Shown piece after piece: positions 58,323 through 64,000 of a DNA stretch of 64,000 nucleotides (its first letter is position 1; every line of letters begins with the position of its first letter). The DNA is from Candidatus Cloacimonadales bacterium (GTDB lineage Bacteria > Cloacimonadota > Cloacimonadia > Cloacimonadales > JAFGVF01). A program made the position numbers and the translations under genes. The stretch is from assembly GCA_963678315.1 (NCBI GenBank), contig OY782781.1:2144001-2208000 (forward strand), in the 5' to 3' direction. The notes beneath the pieces were generated by a model, which was given only the letters and a program-made list of their open reading frames with translations, searched no databases and was not told where the DNA came from.

Positions 58323-61067
58323 ATGAAGAAATTCTTAATAATATTAATTGTTTTATTACATCTCTCTATTATTAACGCGGAGGATGTCATTTTTGAAACA
58401 GACTTTTCTGATAGTGAAGGTTATTCCGTCGACTATAGATATGGGAACTATAATTATAGTTGGGGAAGAGTATTATCTGGCGGTATTGTAAATAATAGAG
58501 AAAACTATCCTCCAGATATTAACTACGAAGATGGAAATGATATTTTATATTCAGCAAGTCAAAAATATAATAATGATATCAATCCAATTCTTGAATATGA
58601 TGATGTTTCTAGGAACATCATTAGATTAGGTGAAAAAGAATATTTAGGAGGAAGTACTTATAAACATTCAATTCCCTTACTTGGGTATGAAGAGTATAAA
58701 TTAAGGTTTGATTATTGTATTCCTTCAATTGGTTATAGAGATAGATTGATAGTAGCTATTGATACAACAGCTAGTGAATTTAGCTTAAATTTCAATGACA
58801 ATTCTCAAATTTCGGAAAGTGATTTTTTAGAAAGCCTGATTATTCTAGATGAATATGAGGATGCTACTAATGGATTTTTCAGTGGTTTTAGATGGGAGTC
58901 AATAGACATTGACTTAACTGAATACAAAGGTTCAACTATATCTCTAATTTTCTATTTCAAAGCCGAGTTTAGAGTTAATGACTTATTTTTCGGAAGTCAA
59001 ATAGGTCCATTTATTGATAATGTATCTGTAACTGGTAATGGTAAATTGCTTGAATCCAATAAGCATGAAATTTCATTTGGTAATTTTTACAATGGAGAGA
59101 TATCAGAAGAAGAGCATTTTTGGTTAAGAAATAACACTTCTGATTATGGAACAATTACTGAAGTTCAAATACCTGATGGTTTTGAAGTTAAATTTAGTTT
59201 TTTGAATGAATGGAATGAACAACTAATAAACTCTTTCATTAATCATAATTCTGTTGAATACACTTTCGATGTACGATTCAATTCTAATTTTATAGGTAAT
59301 GAAAGTGGCATTATAGAAGGTGATTTAATTATACAAACAGATTTAGAAAACTCATTGCCTGTTATAATTCACTTATCAGCTCAATGTGGAGAGCCTCCAA
59401 CTGGTTTACTTTCAATAATAGGACCAATCGAAAATCCAGATTTGAATCATGAATTTGAAGTTGACATCATTGTCAATACTGGGAATATTTCAAACCTATT
59501 TGGAGTAGCTTGTGACCTCATATATAATCCATTAGACATAATTCCAGTAAGTATTTCACATGGTGATGGTTTAACCGAGAACGGTCAGAACCAGGTATCA
59601 TTCCAAGACTACATTGACTATGATGAAAACACAATAATAATTGGAAGTACTTGTTTGCAAGGTAGCTATGTTTTACCACCACAAAACAGTAATGAACATA
59701 TTGCAACCATACGATTTAGGACACTCAGTTATGGACAGACAAATTTAGTTTTAAATAATACAGGTCTGATAAATCAATTTGGTGAAAGTTCATTAGGTTG
59801 CGATACCGAAGATCTTGCAATAAATGTTACACCCTCTGAATTGATTGCAAGCCTATCATTTAATAATAATCAAATAAATACTTCTATAAACAATGACTTT
59901 GAAGTAGATTTAATGATTGATAATGTAGAGAATTTATTTGCGTTTGCTTGCGATGTAGAATATGATTCTGATAAAATTTCAATAAATGAAATAATCTATA
60001 ATGATGCTTTAGGGGAAACATCACAATTTTTAATGAGTAATAATAATGATGGTTTAGTCACTATTGGAATAACAAGGTTAAACAATAGTTCTCAAGGTGT
60101 AGATATTAACGATATATCTTCAATATTTACTATTAATGCAACTGCCAATTCACCAGGTGATTGTGACTTACTTGTAACAAATATTGGATTATTAGCTCCA
60201 GATGCTGTAACTTCTTATAATTATGCAAATAATGCTACATGCAATGTATCAATATCAAATTTTGAGCTTATTCTAAATATTCCTGAAACATTTAGTGTAG
60301 ATGAGGATGAATCATTGAATATAAATATGCAACCATATTTCTCATATAATGCAGAGTATAATGAGTTTTTTATTTTTGAATTTGAAGGAAATGATAATAT
60401 AGAGATAGATTATATTGATTGGATTGTGACAATAGAACCTTATGAGAATTGGAATGGTACACAAAGTGTAGAAATGATAATCAAAGAAAACAACAATTCG
60501 GTTATAACCAGTACTAATTTTGAGATTGAAGTTAATTCTATAAACGATTCACCACAAATCGCTTTAGATTTACCAGATATTTCAGTTAATCAAGGTCAAT
60601 TGGAGTTTGATATAAATCTTGATGAGATTTTTATTGATATCGATCATAATGATGAGTTATACTATTCCGTTGAAGGTTACACAAACATATTTGCATTTGT
60701 AAATCAAAGCATGCTATTTTTAAGATGTTCTCCATATTGGTCTGGAACCGAAACGATTACAATTAATGCGAGTGATGGTATAGAGACAGTTTCTTCTTCA
60801 TTCATCGTAACAGTTGAGCCAATTGTTATTAGTCTAGAAGTTCCAGAGGTATCCATATTTGTGGAAAATAATCTAATACATATAGAATGGCAAGCAGTTA
60901 ATGGGGCAAGTTCTTATAAAGTTTTTTCCACAACTAATCCTATGGGTTTAGATTTTAATGATGTTACAAGTGAAGGGACATTTCAATTATACAGTAACAC
61001 CATTAGATGGCAATGTCAAGAAAACACTAACTATAAATTCTATAAAGTTAAAGCATCTACAGATTAA
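58323..61067 (+). CDS. Secreted protein with two cohesin-like domains and cadherin/Ig-like repeats
   Basis: NLFGVACDLIYNP and NLFAFACDVEYD; PYENWNGT, VNSINDSP and PYWSGTE repeats. Confidence 0.75.
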   Translation: MKKFLIILIVLLHLSIINAEDVIFETDFSDSEGYSVDYRYGNYNYSWGRVLSGGIVNNRENYPPDINYEDGNDILYSASQKYNNDINPILEYDDVSRNIIRLGEKEYLGGSTYKHSIPLLGYEEYKLRFDYCIPSIGYRDRLIVAIDTTASEFSLNFNDNSQISESDFLESLIILDEYEDATNGFFSGFRWESIDIDLTEYKGSTISLIFYFKAEFRVNDLFFGSQIGPFIDNVSVTGNGKLLESNKHEISFGNFYNGEISEEEHFWLRNNTSDYGTITEVQIPDGFEVKFSFLNEWNEQLINSFINHNSVEYTFDVRFNSNFIGNESGIIEGDLIIQTDLENSLPVIIHLSAQCGEPPTGLLSIIGPIENPDLNHEFEVDIIVNTGNISNLFGVACDLIYNPLDIIPVSISHGDGLTENGQNQVSFQDYIDYDENTIIIGSTCLQGSYVLPPQNSNEHIATIRFRTLSYGQTNLVLNNTGLINQFGESSLGCDTEDLAINVTPSELIASLSFNNNQINTSINNDFEVDLMIDNVENLFAFACDVEYDSDKISINEIIYNDALGETSQFLMSNNNDGLVTIGITRLNNSSQGVDINDISSIFTINATANSPGDCDLLVTNIGLLAPDAVTSYNYANNATCNVSISNFELILNIPETFSVDEDESLNINMQPYFSYNAEYNEFFIFEFEGNDNIEIDYIDWIVTIEPYENWNGTQSVEMIIKENNNSVITSTNFEIEVNSINDSPQIALDLPDISVNQGQLEFDINLDEIFIDIDHNDELYYSVEGYTNIFAFVNQSMLFLRCSPYWSGTETITINASDGIETVSSSFIVTVEPIVISLEVPEVSIFVENNLIHIEWQAVNGASSYKVFSTTNPMGLDFNDVTSEGTFQLYSNTIRWQCQENTNYKFYKVKASTD

Positions 61068-61079
61068 TTAATTATTAAT

Positions 61080-61110
61080 GAGATATATCTCTTTTCTTTG
61101 AGGTATATCT
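61080..61110. terminator. Hairpin between convergent genes
   Basis: GAGATATATCTC-N-GAGGTATATCTC. Confidence 0.5.
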
Positions 61111-61113
61111 CTC

Positions 61114-61482
61114 TTACCAAGTTCTTACCTTATAAGTAATATCATTATATTCAAATTGTTCTAAATCAATCTTAGCTTTTAAAGCTACTTTTTCAAACAA
61201 CTGACCTAGTTCATCACGTTCACCTGTTTCAATAAAAGTATAGCCTGTCATTTGATCTAATGCATTAAACTCAATAACTGCCTTTTCAATTAGAACTATC
61301 TTAATCTCAGCTTTAGCTCTTAAGCCAGCTTTTGCTAAATCTTCAAGTAAAGTATCCATAATTTGAACAGCACAGTCACAGTTAATTTTACAGTATTGTG
61401 TTAAACCATCTTTATAATAACCTCTCCACACTTCAAATGGGTAGCCTGCTTTTAACTGTTCTAATCTTTCTTTATAAGTCAT
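61114..61482 (-). CDS. Conserved right-terminal hypothetical protein, copy 2
   Basis: Intact, same-length paralogue of 45682-46050. Confidence 0.8.
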   Translation of the reverse strand: MTYKERLEQLKAGYPFEVWRGYYKDGLTQYCKINCDCAVQIMDTLLEDLAKAGLRAKAEIKIVLIEKAVIEFNALDQMTGYTFIETGERDELGQLFEKVALKAKIDLEQFEYNDITYKVRTW

Positions 61483-61619
61483 CGTTAACTCCTTTTTCTT
61501 CATTAATTTATGTCTCTACAATATAACTTTAATGAAAGAAGTCAAGTCAAATAGACATTATTTTACACAGTTAAATAGTTATTATTTAATGAGTTAGTGC
61601 TATATTAAATTAATTACAT

Positions 61620-61939
61620 GGAAATAGTGAAGTCACTTTTTCCACCTAACAGAAGAGGAAATAAAGTTGTCAAAAATTATCCAGCAATATCTTATGTATG
61701 TGTTTATATATTAGTACTTTATAAAATGGAAATAATGGTGACATCAAAAGGACAGCTATTTTTCCTTAATATAGATGCTTTAGAGGAATGTGGAAATATC
61801 TTTGTCAATTTAGATTTTTTCACTTATATCATCATAAGTGTTTAATGTGTGGTGCTTTAAGCATCATAATAGTCTAATATTATCTTTAAAAATGGAAGTT
61901 ACGCTGTCGCTACAAGGAAAAAACCTATGTCAATTTATA
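61620..61939 (-). repeat. Right end of element 2: GGAAA-N6/7-TGTCA-like sites plus TIR
   Basis: Exact or near matches at 61620, 61657, 61750, 61792, 61894 and 61916; TGTCAATTTATA at 61928-61939. Confidence 0.75.
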
Positions 61940-62099
61940 TTAATGTTCATATAAAATAATATCTCAGCTCTATAATCCAGAAAGTTGTTATCAGGTCTCT
62001 CAAGAGAAATAATACATGTTATTAATTATATATTTGACAACCTTGTAACTTAAGTTTAATCTTGTTATTGTTACTAAATTAATATTTCTTGGAGGAGTT

Positions 62100-63560
62100 A
62101 TGTTAAGAAAATCAGCTTTTATTATTTTGTTTTTGATTATTGCTTTAAATCTTACTGCGGTAAATAATTATTCGAAGATCTTACCTGAAATCGACGATAA
62201 CGGTAATTTGTCTGTTACTTTGGCTTATTGTGAATATATGTCTGATTTAGGTTATAGGGATGCTAAACTAGACAAAATAAATCTTACTTTTGATGGTCTA
62301 ACAATAGGCATCACTAGCGCAGAGAACTGTTATTCATTAGCAGGTTATTATTACAGTCCCTACAACTATCAATCTTACGGGACAAGATCTTTTGTTCATG
62401 ATGAAAATGGTAATATGCTGCTTCTAATAAAAAGATATTATGATGAGCCTGAATGTCATTATGATTTTATATATAGAACTAGTGGAAGTAATTTAAATGA
62501 AATATTAGCAGGTAATATTTTCTTCCCAGCTGAATTAGTTACTTCTCCTCGAAATTACATCCATAACATTATTAAGGATAGTGAAGATATTATCTATATT
62601 TCCTATGAGCACGAATATTGGGGACCAGCTATTGACCAACTTATATATCAATCAGCTAATGATGGTAAGACATGGACTCCTCTAGTTGATTTTGATAATC
62701 AAGATTTAACTAACATGATATTGAAAGATGTTCATCCAGATAATAATGATATAATGTTCTTTGCTAAAGATGATGGTTTTCTTTATAAATCAGAGGACCA
62801 TGGCTTAACAACTACACTAGTTGATAGCACTTCTGGAATGGAATGGTATGAACATCTTGCTTTAAATGGGAATCATGATTTTATCTTCTGTGGAAGCGGT
62901 TTGATATACGCGAATTGTTACTCTTTTGAAGAGAACTGTTGGAAGATAATGAAGTCAGTTGATGATGGCTTTTCTTGGAATGTTCTTAATAACTATAATG
63001 GATATGGCTTAAATTGCATTGATAATGATGCTCAGAATCCAGGAGTATTATATGCTTGCGATAATTATAAAATTGTAAAAAGTATTGATTATGGTGAGAC
63101 CTTTACAACAATATTAGAAAGTAATCAAACTGGTGGTCCGATAAAAGGTATCTATCAAATAGACGGCTCAGATTATTTTGTTTTTCTAACAGTATATGGC
63201 TTACATGCAGGTAATTCTTATGGAGACTTCTATCCGCTGGGATATTATGTTGATAATAGTGATACAGAAGCTCCAATAGCAAATTCAACTATCACTGCTT
63301 CTTGTTATCCAAATCCATTTAATCCTGAAACTACAATTGAATATACTCTCCCAGAAAATGGCCTTACTTCTATTGAAGTATTTAACATTAAAGGGCAATT
63401 AGTTAAAACACTCAAAAAAGATTATATGTCTGCAGGTAGTCATACTGTTGTTTGGCATGGTAAGAATAGTAACAATAAACAATGCGCTTCGGGTTTGTAC
63501 TTTTACGTTGTGAAACAAGGAAATAATACTATGTCTAAATCAATGATTCTTATGAAATAG
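62100..63560 (+). CDS. Secreted BNR/Asp-box beta-propeller protein with FlgD-Ig CTD
   Basis: SANDGKTW, SEDHGLT, SVDDGFSW and SIDYGETF Asp-boxes; CYPNPFNPET; lies outside element 2. Confidence 0.85.
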   Translation: MLRKSAFIILFLIIALNLTAVNNYSKILPEIDDNGNLSVTLAYCEYMSDLGYRDAKLDKINLTFDGLTIGITSAENCYSLAGYYYSPYNYQSYGTRSFVHDENGNMLLLIKRYYDEPECHYDFIYRTSGSNLNEILAGNIFFPAELVTSPRNYIHNIIKDSEDIIYISYEHEYWGPAIDQLIYQSANDGKTWTPLVDFDNQDLTNMILKDVHPDNNDIMFFAKDDGFLYKSEDHGLTTTLVDSTSGMEWYEHLALNGNHDFIFCGSGLIYANCYSFEENCWKIMKSVDDGFSWNVLNNYNGYGLNCIDNDAQNPGVLYACDNYKIVKSIDYGETFTTILESNQTGGPIKGIYQIDGSDYFVFLTVYGLHAGNSYGDFYPLGYYVDNSDTEAPIANSTITASCYPNPFNPETTIEYTLPENGLTSIEVFNIKGQLVKTLKKDYMSAGSHTVVWHGKNSNNKQCASGLYFYVVKQGNNTMSKSMILMK

Positions 63561-63614
63561 TATATGAAGCAATCTAATACATTAGAACTTCTAGAATAGA
63601 AATTTCCTACACGG

Positions 63615-63661
63615 TTACTTGCCCCCTTGAAAAATTAGCTTTTTTTCAAAGAGGCAAGTAA
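63615..63661. terminator. Long hairpin between convergent genes
   Basis: TTACTTGCC...TTGAAAAA-loop-TTTTTCAA...GGCAAGTAA. Confidence 0.55.
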
Positions 63662-63753
63662 GGGTGAAGTATTATTACTTTAATAAAGTGTAGTTATCTT
63701 TGTTATGAAATAGTAGTATTAACTAATTAACAAAGAATATATTGTTGAATATT

Positions 63754-64000
63754 TTAGTGTCTAAAGTGTCTCATTCCTGTCATAATCATAGCAATATTAT
63801 GTTCATTGCATGCTTGAATAACTTCTGGGTCTCCTTTAGAACCACCAGGTTGAATAACAGCAGTTACACCATATTTTACAAGTTCATCAATAGAATCTCT
63901 AAATGGGAAGAAACCATCAGAAGCACAAATGCAACCATTGAGTTCTAGCCTAAACTTCTTAGCTTTACTTATTGCAATTTCTGTTGAATCAATGCGACTA
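63754..64000 (-). CDS. purH: Bifunctional AICAR transformylase/IMP cyclohydrolase, C-terminal part
   Basis: Manual translation: SRIDS...[13 protein letters not shown]...IQPGGSKGD...MTGMRHFRH*. Confidence 0.95.
   Translation of the reverse strand, partial: SRIDSTEIAISKAKKFRLELNGCICASDGFFPFRDSIDELVKYGVTAVIQPGGSKGDPEVIQACNEHNIAMIMTGMRHFRH

Larger units (their letters stand above)
48052..61939 (+). mobile_element. Second, reduced Mu-like element (non-autonomous remnant) with different cargo
   Basis: 48052-48805 homologous to ~32515-33270; 61114-61939 homologous to 45682-46500, ending TGTCAATTTATA. Confidence 0.85.

Overview
AT-rich bacterial chromosome segment. Ca. Cloacimonadota is inferred from the many secreted proteins with a YPNPFNP/FlgD-Ig C-terminal domain. 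1-13.4 kb is housekeeping: PatB/MalY, a glycosyltransferase-Ppx/GppA fusion, psuG, two ChaN-family proteins, YigZ and a sarcosine/proline-oxidase-like pair, plus an array of ~6.8 palindromic units of 133-135 bp. The main feature is a precisely delimited 33,044-bp Mu-like transposable element (13457-46500). It has 12-bp terminal inverted repeats TATAAAGTGACA (TA...TA ends instead of Mu's TG...CA), repeated TGACA-N6/7-TTTCC end sites and a 5-bp target duplication GTATC that splits a VOC/glyoxalase gene. It keeps repressor, MuA, MuB and terminase, but its portal is truncated and no capsid, tail-tube or tape-measure gene is recognisable. Large cassettes of host-type secreted proteins, an ECF sigma factor and candidate defence genes occupy those positions. 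After a GNAT gene and six tRNAs lies a second, more reduced relative (~48.0 kb-61939). It has the same right end and terminal gene, no transposase of its own, an IS4-family insertion and a different cargo: a cohesin/dockerin three-gene operon whose central gene has ~3.5 apparently identical 1368-bp repeats. The window ends with another FlgD-type secreted protein and the 3' end of purH. Best candidate for a novel system: a family of virion-defective Mu-derived transposons that carry exchangeable secretome cassettes.
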